A DNA stretch of 64,000 bases from an uncultured Clostridium sp. (GTDB taxonomy: Bacteria; Bacillota; Clostridia; TANB77; CAG-508): NCBI GenBank assembly GCA_947569365.1, contig CANOSM010000006.1, positions 11,296 through 75,295 of the forward strand. Direction: 5' to 3'. The notes under the pieces were generated by a model. The model saw nothing but the letters and a program-made list of their open reading frames with translations, had not been told where the DNA came from and did not search any database. The first letter of the stretch is position 1. Each line of letters begins with the position of its first letter. Position numbers and translations under genes: made by a program. This document shows, piece by piece, positions 10,070 to 18,826 of this stretch.

Positions 10070-10107
10070 AAACTGAAAAAGCTCCTTTTGTGGAGCCTTT
10101 TCAGTTT
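10070..10107 (-). terminator. intrinsic terminator after small membrane-peptide gene
   Basis: The minus strand reads AAACTGAAAAGGCTCC-acaaaa-GGAGCTTTTTCAGTTT. A GC core stem is followed by a U-run. Confidence 0.65.
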
Positions 10108-10279
10108 AAGGAGTATCACAATCATCAATATAATCAGCTGTGATTCCGTCAAAAATAGGGTCATGAACATATTCACGGGTACCGATTTTATCACATTTAT
10201 AATCTGATACAACGGCATACACAGCTACTCCTATTCCAACTAAAACAGGAACTGAAAAAATAACAAATAAAAAAATCAT
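10106..10279 (-). CDS. 57-aa small membrane protein (not in ORF track, below the size cut-off)
   Basis: A strong RBS (caAGGAGGttgcgttATG) precedes the start. Translation is MIFLFVIFSVPVLVGIGVAVYAVVSDYKCDKIGTREYVHDPIFDGITADYIDDCDTP. Promoter-like TTGACA-17-TATTAT upstream and a terminator downstream. Confidence 0.55.
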   Translation of the reverse strand: MIFLFVIFSVPVLVGIGVAVYAVVSDYKCDKIGTREYVHDPIFDGITADYIDDCDTP

Positions 10280-10632
10280 AACGCAACCTCCTTGTCAGTT
10301 GGTATAATCTGCAACACAGATTACAGTATCAATAATATTATTATCATAATAATACAATATTTTTACTATTATGTCAAATAATATTTAGAAAAAGTTATTA
10401 AAGTAGTTCTATATGCTTCATCAATTTATTCATAAGAATAGGACTTTGGCTATGCCATAAGTTCTAACCCCCTATATGTTATGACATTCTATCATAACAT
10501 GGGGCTCTGCGAGGCGAATATATCTTAATACATACTGAAAAGGTATATTTTTCATAAACAAAAAAATCAACCATTTTACTGATTGATTTTCATATCTATC
10601 TGTTCTATAAAAAGTTCGAACAGAAACGTCGT

Positions 10633-10709
10633 TGGAGCCACTTCCCAGATTCGAACTGGGGACCCCCGCATTACAAGTGCGGTGCTCTGGCCAGCTGAGC
10701 TAAAGTGGC
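10633..10709 (-). tRNA. tRNA-Thr (anticodon TGT), copy 1, inside the repeat-bounded insert
   Basis: 77 nt, identical to 11254-11330: GCCACTTTAGCTCAGCTGGCCAGAGCACCGCACTTGTAATGCGGGGGTCCCCAGTTCGAATCTGGGAAGTGGCTCCA. Confidence 0.9.
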
Positions 10710-10852
10710 ATATCCTATTATTTTCGTCTTCTAATATTAGTAAAATTTTACACTGTTCGCTTGTTTTATAAGTATAAATATTATACAATATTAACAACCT
10801 TACGCTACACGAAAGGTAGCTCTTTCTAAAGGGCGGAAAGGGGGGACTAATA

Positions 10853-10993
10853 TTGAATAACTGCGATTTAATTTTGCACTTTGCTGAGAAGTACATAGCT
10901 GAAAAAGAAAAAAACATCATCTTACAACAAAAATTAGAACAACAAAAGCAAATGCAAAATATCAACAATGTTAAGACTAATAAAAAGCAGTAA
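10853..10993 (+). CDS. 46-aa hydrophilic K/Q/E-rich small protein (TTG start)
   Basis: G-rich RBS (GAAAGGGGGG) 8 nt upstream of the TTG. TTGTTT-17-TACAAT promoter-like hexamers upstream. Followed immediately by a hairpin plus T-run at 11001-11032. Confidence 0.35.
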   Translation: MNNCDLILHFAEKYIAEKEKNIILQQKLEQQKQMQNINNVKTNKKQ

Positions 10994-11000
10994 TTAGTCG

Positions 11001-11032
11001 ATAGAGTAGATTCGTGGTCTGCTCTATTTTTT
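11001..11032 (+). terminator. intrinsic terminator (plus strand) of the small ORF
   Basis: ATAGAGTAG-attcgtggt-CTGCTCTAT followed by TTTTT. Confidence 0.6.
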
Positions 11033-11037
11033 AAGCC

Positions 11038-11067
11038 AAAAAAATCTGTGTATTCGTGGTACACAGA
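11038..11067 (-). terminator. intrinsic terminator (minus strand) downstream of tRNA-Thr copy 2
   Basis: The minus strand reads TCTGTGTA-ccacgaa-TACACAGA followed by TTTTTTT. Confidence 0.6.
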
Positions 11068-11203
11068 CGACTAAATTGAACAACTGCGATTCAATGTTCA
11101 TTTATTTTGTAATTAAATAATAACACATTATTTTGATTTTGTCAAACAATTTTGAAAAATTAATATGAAAAAATATACATTATTAAATTTTGATTAAACA
11201 TTT

Positions 11204-11259
11204 GCAAAAATAAAAGCCAGCAATCAAGACTATTTCAAGACTACTGACAATATTGGAGC
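11204..11259. repeat. 56-bp direct repeat, right copy (overlaps the 3' end of tRNA-Thr copy 2)
   Basis: Identical to 9866-9921. Confidence 0.9.
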
Positions 11260-11330
11260 CACTTCCCAGATTCGAACTGGGGACCCCCGCATTACAAGTG
11301 CGGTGCTCTGGCCAGCTGAGCTAAAGTGGC
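11254..11330 (-). tRNA. tRNA-Thr (anticodon TGT), copy 2
   Basis: Cloverleaf with anticodon loop CTTGTAA and T-loop TTCGAAT, CCA encoded. Confidence 0.9.
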
Positions 11331-11344
11331 ATATCCTATGAAAT

Positions 11345-11419
11345 TGGTGACCCGTACGGGAATCGAACCCATGTCTCCGCCGTGAAAGGGCGGTGTCTTA
11401 ACCGCTTGACCAACGGGCC
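11345..11419 (-). tRNA. tRNA-Glu (anticodon TTC)
   Basis: The reverse complement is GGCCCGTTGGTCAAGCGGTTAAGACACCGCCCTTTCACGGCGGAGACATGGGTTCGATTCCCGTACGGGTCACCA, with anticodon loop CTTTCAC. Confidence 0.9.
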
Positions 11420-11462
11420 TTATATACAAAGAACTAAATAATCAATTATTATTTAGTTCTTT

Positions 11463-11538
11463 TGGTGAGCTATCCGCGACTCGAACGCGGGACAACTTGA
11501 TTAAAAGTCAAGTGCTCTACCACCTGAGCTAATAGCCC
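11463..11538 (-). tRNA. tRNA-Lys (anticodon TTT)
   Basis: The reverse complement is GGGCTATTAGCTCAGGTGGTAGAGCACTTGACTTTTAATCAAGTTGTCCCGCGTTCGAGTCGCGGATAGCTCACCA, with anticodon loop CTTTTAA. Confidence 0.9.
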
Positions 11539-11588
11539 ATATATAAATATAAAAGCGTTAGCGAATGCTAATTCGTAACTGCTTTTAT

Positions 11589-11617
11589 ATATTACACTAT
11601 TTTTTGAGTATTGTCAA
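11589..11617 (-). promoter_or_regulatory. sigma-A type promoter of the tRNA Lys-Glu-Thr operon
   Basis: The minus strand reads TTGACA, a 17-nt spacer, then TAATAT, about 50 nt upstream of tRNA-Lys(TTT). Confidence 0.6.
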
Positions 11618-11644
11618 CATTTTTTTAAACTTTTTTATTATTTT

Positions 11645-13507
11645 TTATAAATTTATTAAACTATACTCCATTTTTTCTTCTTCTATAATATCACATTCTC
11701 TGTCTGTACATGTAAATATAATAATTTGATTATTACATTTTTCATTCAAATATCTTATTATGTTTTTCATTCTCTTTTTATCATAGTACACAAATGCTTC
11801 ATCTAGTATTATTGGAACTGACTCATCTGATATTGATTTAGAAGCACTTATCCTAAGTGCCAAATATATTAAATCTATTGTTCCTTCACTTAGTCTATCT
11901 GCACTCATATAATTACCATTTTCAATTTCTACCTTTATTCCATCTTCATCCAATATACAGTTATTATATCTATTGTTTGTTGAATCAGAAATAATATTAT
12001 TAATCTCATTAATAAATTCTGGAGTAATATTAGATTTCATTTCCTTATATGCTTCCTCTAAGTTTTGCTTTACTAAATTATAAATATTATTTCTATTATT
12101 TAATTCTTCTTTTTCTTTATATAGTTTGTCCAATTCTTCTTTTAAGCATACTAAATTTTCTAGACTTTTTTCAATATCTTCATTTGAAACTTGTATCTTT
12201 TTTTCAGATATACTACACTCAGATATTTGTACTTCTTTTTCATTTATCTTATTCACAATTTCATCATATTTTGTGGATAAGATATGTGTTATTTTTTTAT
12301 CAGATATTTTACTTTCAAATTCTTCTATTACTTTCTTTTCCTCATACTTCTCGTTTCTGTTTATTTCATCTTCTATTTTATTTATCTCTGCTAGTTTTAA
12401 ATTTTTAATATCCTCTAATCTGTCAATGTTCTCATTTATTTTTGTAATATTATCTTTGTATTTTCTATTTATTTTTTTAATTTTTCTTTCATTTAGAAAT
12501 AATTTACTTAATATAAGAATTATTATCACATTAATTACTAATAATAATTCATTTTTTATCATTATATATAATGCTGTAATTAAAAGCATCATTATTATTA
12601 AAATAATATATATTATTTTATATGGTTTTCTTTTTGACGCTTTTTCCTCTTTAAGTCTATTAATCTCTCCTCTTTTATCTTCTTGCATTTCAGAATATCC
12701 ATCTATCTCATTATCTAGAATTTTAATTTTTTCTTTATTAATGATATTTTTTTCTTTCATAGCTTTTATCTTTCTTAGTAATTCAAGTTCAATTCTATTT
12801 TCATTAATGTCTATGGATAAATTATTCTTCTCTTTTTCTATTTCATATTTTTTATCTTTATACTCTTCAATTATTTTAACTTCTTCTTGTAACTTTTCGA
12901 TTTTACTATTAATTATATTTATTGGTCTTCCACTACTTCTATCTGTTCCTATTTCCTCTAATTGTTTCTTATTTATTTTATCTATAGTTTTTTTATAGGA
13001 TATGTTTTCATTTCCTGTAGAAACTATATTACTTAATTTTTGTATTATAGAGTTCTGGCTATTTTTATCTAATTTAACTTCTCTCTGTTCTGATAGACAA
13101 GTAGAAAAAAACATATCTTCTGTGATTCCTGTTTGTTCTATAAAGAACTCACTGCCTTTTGATTTACTTACTTTAAATTCATTAGACACTTCTTGCCCAT
13201 TTTTATATATTTGAGGCGATTTCTTCTTAAAGTCTCGATATATTTCATATTTATCACCACCATCTACATTATATGTAATTTTACCTGAAAAGTCTTCTAT
13301 ATTCCATGGTGTATATTTTTCGTAATCTGATATATCTTTTCCATTCTTATTTCTTGATATACCATATAAAGATGATGATATGAACTTTAAAAGAGTTGAT
13401 TTACCCGATTCATTATTTCCTTTTATTATATTAAGTTTGTTATTTAACTCTATCTCTTTATTTTCTAACTTCCCAAATCCATTAATTTTCAACTTATTTA
13501 TTATCAT
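11645..13507 (-). CDS. yhaN: SbcC/YhaN-like ABC-type ATPase with central membrane-spanning segment
   Basis: Walker A GNNESGKST, long coiled-coil K/E-rich arms, two hydrophobic helices (IIYIILIIMMLLITALYIM / LLLVINVIIILILSKLF), signature LSEGT and Walker B IILDEAF. Immediately follows the yhaO-like nuclease gene. Confidence 0.75.
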   Translation of the reverse strand: MIINKLKINGFGKLENKEIELNNKLNIIKGNNESGKSTLLKFISSSLYGISRNKNGKDISDYEKYTPWNIEDFSGKITYNVDGGDKYEIYRDFKKKSPQIYKNGQEVSNEFKVSKSKGSEFFIEQTGITEDMFFSTCLSEQREVKLDKNSQNSIIQKLSNIVSTGNENISYKKTIDKINKKQLEEIGTDRSSGRPINIINSKIEKLQEEVKIIEEYKDKKYEIEKEKNNLSIDINENRIELELLRKIKAMKEKNIINKEKIKILDNEIDGYSEMQEDKRGEINRLKEEKASKRKPYKIIYIILIIMMLLITALYIMIKNELLLVINVIIILILSKLFLNERKIKKINRKYKDNITKINENIDRLEDIKNLKLAEINKIEDEINRNEKYEEKKVIEEFESKISDKKITHILSTKYDEIVNKINEKEVQISECSISEKKIQVSNEDIEKSLENLVCLKEELDKLYKEKEELNNRNNIYNLVKQNLEEAYKEMKSNITPEFINEINNIISDSTNNRYNNCILDEDGIKVEIENGNYMSADRLSEGTIDLIYLALRISASKSISDESVPIILDEAFVYYDKKRMKNIIRYLNEKCNNQIIIFTCTDRECDIIEEEKMEYSLINL

Positions 13508-13509
13508 AT

Positions 13510-14586
13510 TTATAATACCTCTAATCCAGTTTCTATAACCTTCTCCATTGTTTCCTTATCAAATATTCCTTGCTTATATTTTTCTATAACTATTTTTGTA
13601 AAAACACCTTTTATATCATTTTTTAGGATAATTTCATCTATATTATAAGTCATCTTCGTATCATCTTTTATTTTTACAATATTTTCTTTTGTTATTAATT
13701 TCTCTATTTCTTTTATATCTATTATAAAATTTCTATTCCCAATTAATAAAATCTTATATAAATAATTTTCTTTTAAATTTATTTCTTCTATTTTCTCTAT
13801 TATATCTTCATTTGACAAACACTCTGAAATGTCTAACTTATAACACTCATATTTTCTAGTATCCAATCTTATAAATTCTAATTTTAAGTCTTTTTTACTT
13901 AAGTCTCCAAATATCATTCCATGTTCTCCTGGTTCATCAAATCCAAATGATATAGTAGACCCTGGATATACTATTCTTTGTTTCTTCTCATCATTATATG
14001 ACTTTTTATGAATATGACCTAATGCAATATAATCAAACCCTAATTCCTTTAATTTTTTACTTGACATTGGATTATATTGTCTAAATTCATCATTTCCTCC
14101 ATCTACACTACCATGTACTAACAATATGTTTAATTTAGATTTATTTTCTATTTTTATATTTTCTACCACATCTTGTTTACAATAATAATCTCCAAATCCA
14201 TATCCATATATGTCTACATCCTCTAACTCTATTTTCTCTATATTATTTTTAAATATATGGACATTTTCACTCCATTCAAATGTATTATTATAAAAAGAGT
14301 TTTTTATAAATGGATCGTGATTTCCTGGTGAGATGAATATATTTACATCTGGTATCTCTCTAAATAATCTATTTATATACTCTATACTTGATCTTCTAAT
14401 ATATTCTTGTTCATACATGTCTCCTGCTATAAATAAAAATTTTATCTCATTCTCTTTTATATAATTTACTATATCATTTATTATTTTTCTTTGTTCTAGT
14501 CTTCTTTTTTCTGGAAGCCCATTTATCTTAGATAGATTATTAAAACATGCATCCAAATGCATATCTGCTATATGTATAAATTTCAT
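13510..14586 (-). CDS. yhaO: SbcD/YhaO-like metallophosphoesterase (DNA repair exonuclease)
   Basis: Calcineurin-like motifs HIADMHLD, GDMYE, GNHD and GHIH. Tightly linked (2-nt gap) to the downstream ATPase. Confidence 0.8.
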   Translation of the reverse strand: MKFIHIADMHLDACFNNLSKINGLPEKRRLEQRKIINDIVNYIKENEIKFLFIAGDMYEQEYIRRSSIEYINRLFREIPDVNIFISPGNHDPFIKNSFYNNTFEWSENVHIFKNNIEKIELEDVDIYGYGFGDYYCKQDVVENIKIENKSKLNILLVHGSVDGGNDEFRQYNPMSSKKLKELGFDYIALGHIHKKSYNDEKKQRIVYPGSTISFGFDEPGEHGMIFGDLSKKDLKLEFIRLDTRKYECYKLDISECLSNEDIIEKIEEINLKENYLYKILLIGNRNFIIDIKEIEKLITKENIVKIKDDTKMTYNIDEIILKNDIKGVFTKIVIEKYKQGIFDKETMEKVIETGLEVL

Positions 14587-14670
14587 ATAATTTCTCCTAA
14601 AAATAAAATAACATTGACCAAATTCTATCAGATGATAGTTTTTTAGTCAATGCTTTTAAAACATTTGTTT

Positions 14671-16696
14671 TTAATCATTACTTTCTACTGAACCAAATAA
14701 TTCATCAAATTTAGCTTCTAATTCTTTTTGTATATCTGTTAGTTCATCTTTTTTATTATCTAATACTTGCTCTTGTTTTTGCTCTTCTCTTACTTCTTGA
14801 TTTGAATCCATTTTTAATTCTTCTGTTTTAGGTGTATCTACATTATTTGATTTATCTTCATTTTTGTTATCATCTTCTTCAAATAAATCATCTAATTCTT
14901 CTATTTTTAGTTCTTCTTTCTCTTCGTGTTCCACATATGGATTATATGGATTAAATTTTCTATATACGCCTCTATCTGGTATTTCCCTAGTATTATGATC
15001 AACTGCATATGGAGATATTATTTTTACTGTATTATATTTATAATAGTAATACTTTCTAGCTCTAATTGGTTTTAGCCCTTTTTCGTAAATAATACAATCA
15101 TCAACATCCAGTCTTCTAAGTTCATCTGGCGTTAACAATGCTCTTGCCATATTCTGTTCTGATACGCTTTTACCTTGTTTCCAATCATCTTTATCTTTAT
15201 TTACTGATTCACTTTCTCTAAATATTGTTTTTTCTCCAAGAGCTTTTGAAAAATATTCAACAGTTTTTTGTGAGTTACTTCCTAAGAATAAGTGAGTATC
15301 ACAGTTACCCATAATAGTTTCATTAGATTCTTTATATACAGCTTCTAACTGATCTAAGTTCTGTAAAATAACACTAAATGAGATTTTTCTACTTCTTGAT
15401 GTAGAAATCTTTTTATCAAAATCTGGTATCTTTCCAATATTAGCAAACTCATCTAAAATAAAATATGTAGGTACAGGAAGTGCTCCTCCTTTTTCATCAG
15501 CAAAGTCATATAATTGTTGTATCATTTGTGAGAAAAATATTGTAAGTAAAAAGTCATATGCAGCATGAGTGTCAGATGATATAACATATACTGCTGTCTT
15601 TTCTTCTCCTATTTTTTTAAAATCTATTGTATTTGTTGATGTTAATGCTTCAATTTCTTTTGAATCAAATTTACCAAGTTTTGATTGAAGTGATGATAAA
15701 ATTGATCCATATGTTTTTTCTGGAGCAACTTCAATAGACTTATAGTTCATTCTTGCTGGATGGTCATATGGTAACTGATTAATTAAATTTGTAAGTAAGT
15801 TATCTCCTCCATTACTATTTGCTGCTCTAACTAATTCTGAACAACTTGCTAAACTTTGCTCTTCTGGTGGTCTAACAGCTTTCAAATAATATATTAATGC
15901 TTTAAGTAGCATTTCGGCCATATCATCCCAGAATGGATCTGATGCATTTGCTGTATTTTGTCCCTTTACTATAGTATTTGCTACAACATCTACATCAATT
16001 TCATTTTTAATATGTAATAATGGATTATATCCATCACTATTTTGTGGTCTTACTAAATTTAAAACTTTTATTTTATATCCCTTTGATTCCAAATAACCAG
16101 CTGTTTTATCATAAAGTTCTCCCTTTGGATCTGTAAATACATATGAACCTAATAATTGACATGCATTTGGAATAACATAAGATGCAGATTTACCAGCACC
16201 AGATCCGTCCAACAACTAGAACATTGACATTTCCTCTTTTATCTACAGGCAGATATTCTCTCTCAGCTAAAATTATTCCTTTTTTATTACTTAATGTCTT
16301 ATACTCTTCTCCATTTACGCACCAATCACTTGAACCATTTTCTATTCCATCATATTCATGTTTTGGTAGTGCTTTTGTAATTCCTATTGTTATTGCAAAA
16401 ATATACACTAAGCTAAATTTCCATAGTGTACTAAAGAATATACCATTTGTTTCTCCTGATAGAGCATTTCCTAATGCTACAAATGGGTTCATTATATATT
16501 TTGCGATTCCATTAAAAAAAGCTTCCCATGCTGGACCACCATTTATTCCTAAAGGACCAACTAATAATCCCTCATAAATAGAATTAGCAAGTGGTGCAAC
16601 AAGAACTATGACTAGTATTAGCCATAATATGAAGCTTACAATTAACTTATTCTTTATCTTCTTAATAGCTTTACCTATTTTTTCCCATATATTCAT
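14671..16696 (-). pseudogene. VirD4/TraG-family type IV coupling protein, interrupted by a frameshift within the Walker A region (about 16205-16208)
   Basis: The N-terminal ORF (two TM helices, ...NVNVLVVG) ends RIWCW*. The other frame continues GSGAGKSASYVIPN (P-loop), the Walker B YFILDEFANIG and the TraG-D_C-like LFLGSN. The two pieces abut at GTTGTTGGA-C-GGATCTGGT, so one extra nt or two missing. Confidence 0.8.
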
Positions 16697-16733
16697 ATAA
16701 AATCACCTTTTCATTAGTACTTTTGTATATATC

Positions 16734-17108
16734 TTATCTTCCATCATCTTTGTTACGACTATTATTATCTGATGGTGAAGGCATTTCGGCTATTCTCCTC
16801 TTCTCTGCTGCCTCTTCTTCTAATTGTTGCTGTGTTGTCTTTGTAGAAACAACTTTCTTTACTCCATCTTTTGTTATGTGCTGTGGCTTTTTTCCTTTTT
16901 TATCCATTTGTGTTGCATCTGATATTACAATAGCATCACCATTTTCACCATGTTCATTTATTTTTTTACTTGGAACTATGTCCATATGTGCCACATCTGG
17001 TGTTCCACACCTATTTAGTTGTATTTCTGTTAGATTTCCCTCCAACCCGTCAACAATTATTACAGTAGCCTCATCTGTTGATATATTCTTTTTGTTGTCG
17101 TTTTCCAT
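16734..17108 (-). CDS. hypothetical protein (charged, K/E/D-rich C-terminus)
   Basis: 124-aa ORF, co-oriented with and 37 nt upstream of the coupling-protein gene. RBS GAAAGGAGAT upstream. Confidence 0.5.
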   Translation of the reverse strand: MENDNKKNISTDEATVIIVDGLEGNLTEIQLNRCGTPDVAHMDIVPSKKINEHGENGDAIVISDATQMDKKGKKPQHITKDGVKKVVSTKTTQQQLEEEAAEKRRIAEMPSPSDNNSRNKDDGR

Positions 17109-17127
17109 TACATATCTCCTTTCGATA

Positions 17128-17658
17128 TTAATCGTAATTGTTTTCTTTTATTTCAAATACTACATAACTTTTTCCAGCTTTTAATTTACATTTGCCTTTT
17201 ATCTCATTAGTTTCTTTATCTAAATATAAAGTTGGTTTCATCTCTTCTGTTGTCTCTGGATCTATAATTGTCATTGGTCTTTTTAAATTTGGTGTATATG
17301 CAAATTCTCTAAATTCTGTTTCTTCTTCATTATATATAGTTTTACAATTCATTGGTATTGGTTTATTAGAGATCTTTACCATGTTAGTATTAGTTTCTAA
17401 ATAACCCACATTTAACACAACCTTTTCTTTTCCAAAAGAAAAGATTACTAATTGATTTCCATCTTCATGTGGATCATATATGAAAAACGTTTTTTTTACA
17501 TTATTGCCTACTAATTCCTTAGTATAATCGAGTCTTTCTATTGTAAACTTGGGATTGTCTTTTAAAAATTCTTTTTCTGTTTTATTTACTTTATATATTA
17601 CAGTATTGATATTTTTGGGTTCTGTAATACTAAAGTGTTTTCCAAAACTTTCTTCCAT
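17128..17658 (-). CDS. hypothetical protein
   Basis: 176-aa ORF, first gene of the unit. RBS AGAGGTG upstream. No recognisable motif. Confidence 0.5.
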   Translation of the reverse strand: MEESFGKHFSITEPKNINTVIYKVNKTEKEFLKDNPKFTIERLDYTKELVGNNVKKTFFIYDPHEDGNQLVIFSFGKEKVVLNVGYLETNTNMVKISNKPIPMNCKTIYNEEETEFREFAYTPNLKRPMTIIDPETTEEMKPTLYLDKETNEIKGKCKLKAGKSYVVFEIKENNYD

Positions 17659-17721
17659 TTTACACCTCTATCTTATACACTTGTTAAACTCGTGTTTCTT
17701 CTTTCGTAGATATCACTTATT

Positions 17722-17751
17722 ATTATACAACACAAAGCTTAACATTGTCAA
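17722..17751 (-). promoter_or_regulatory. sigma-A type promoter of the 176aa-124aa-coupling protein unit
   Basis: The minus strand reads TTGACA, an 18-nt spacer, then TATAAT. Confidence 0.5.
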
Positions 17752-17774
17752 TATTTTTTTACTTTTTATGTTAA

Positions 17775-18674
17775 CTATAGTCTAGGATTGAATTTACTTA
17801 TCTGTTGCATTTTTTTGAACAATTCTTCTTCTTCTTTAGATAATTCTTTAGGAATTGAAATATTAGCTTTAACTACCAAGTCTCCTCTTACTCCTTCTTT
17901 GTTTTTATAACCCATATTCTTTATTATTATCTCTTCTCCTGATTGAATACCTTTTGGAATATTTAGAGTTATATCATCCTCTATACCTGCAACTACTAAT
18001 TTTGTACTTAATGCTGCTTCCCATGGTGAAATGTTTATATTGGTTTTTAAATTTAATCCCTCTAATTCAAGTCTCGAATTGTTCTTTATTACTATATTTA
18101 TGATTAAATCTCCATCTTTACCACCATTTATTCCTTTTTTCCCTTGACCTATAAGACGTATTTTTTCATTATTTTGAATTCCTTTTGGAATTTTAACATT
18201 AAATGTTTTAGTGTTTCCATCTATATTCTTAAGAGAAATACTCTTTTCTTTTCCAAAGAAAGCATCTACAATTGAAATTTCTATTTCTGTTTCTATATTT
18301 TCTCCTTTTTTAGGAGTTTTTATCTTTATTTTTTTATCTAATTTTATATCTTTATCTTCTAATTTATTTCCAAAAAACATATTAAAAAAGTCTTTTGGCT
18401 TTGCTGTTATATTCTTCTCACTTATATTATAAGCTTTTTTCTTTCTTCCTATATAATAGTTCCAACTTCTATCATATTTTCTTTTAGAAGATGTTTTAGA
18501 TAATATTTGATATGCCTCGCTTATTTCCTTAAACTTTTCTTCTGAAATTCTATCTTCTTTATTTAAATCAGGGTGGTATTTCTTAGCAGAATCTCTATAT
18601 GCAATTTTTATATCTTCTAAACTTACTTTATTAGTTTCTAATCCTAATATTTTATAATAATCTTTAAATATCAT
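17775..18674 (-). CDS. cbpA: J-domain co-chaperone, CbpA-like (J domain plus DnaJ C-terminal domains, no zinc finger)
   Basis: DYYKILGL...YHPDLNK (HPD motif). C-terminal DnaJ_C-like beta domains (GENIETEIEISIVDAFFG..., GDLIINIVI, GDLVVKANI). No CxxCxGxG repeats. Confidence 0.75.
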   Translation of the reverse strand: MIFKDYYKILGLETNKVSLEDIKIAYRDSAKKYHPDLNKEDRISEEKFKEISEAYQILSKTSSKRKYDRSWNYYIGRKKKAYNISEKNITAKPKDFFNMFFGNKLEDKDIKLDKKIKIKTPKKGENIETEIEISIVDAFFGKEKSISLKNIDGNTKTFNVKIPKGIQNNEKIRLIGQGKKGINGGKDGDLIINIVIKNNSRLELEGLNLKTNINISPWEAALSTKLVVAGIEDDITLNIPKGIQSGEEIIIKNMGYKNKEGVRGDLVVKANISIPKELSKEEEELFKKMQQISKFNPRL

Positions 18675-18826
18675 TTAACATCCCCCGAATCCTTGCAAAT
18701 TCATAAGTTATTATATCATAGGTTTATCTTTTTGAAAACGTTTTTAAATTATTTTTTATTAAAAATAAAAATACCTTTTAAATATTATATTTTAGTAACT
18801 TTTAAAAGGTATTTTTACTATTTTTA

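Noticed and set aside
9994-10218. 74-aa minus-strand ORF.
   Set aside because: It overlaps, in another frame, the 57-aa ORF that has a strong AGGAGG RBS, a promoter and a terminator. It has no RBS of its own and crosses the terminator hairpin.
10576-11064. 162-aa minus-strand ORF and 62-aa plus-strand ORF (10583-10771).
   Set aside because: Both run straight through tRNA-Thr copy 1 and non-coding spacers. Neither has an RBS, and the sequence is better explained by the tRNA, promoters and terminators.
12049-13214. Plus-strand ORFs of 119, 290 and 70 aa.
   Set aside because: They are antisense to the yhaN-like ATPase gene. The F/S/I/L-rich translations mirror the K/E/N-rich coiled coil on the other strand.
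11645-14586. I considered the yhaO/yhaN-like pair as a possible SMC-type anti-phage defence system (Lamassu/Wadjet-like).
   Set aside because: A metallophosphoesterase plus a membrane-spanning SbcC-like ATPase in this order matches the widespread Firmicute YhaO/YhaN repair pair. No additional defence-type effector genes accompany it.
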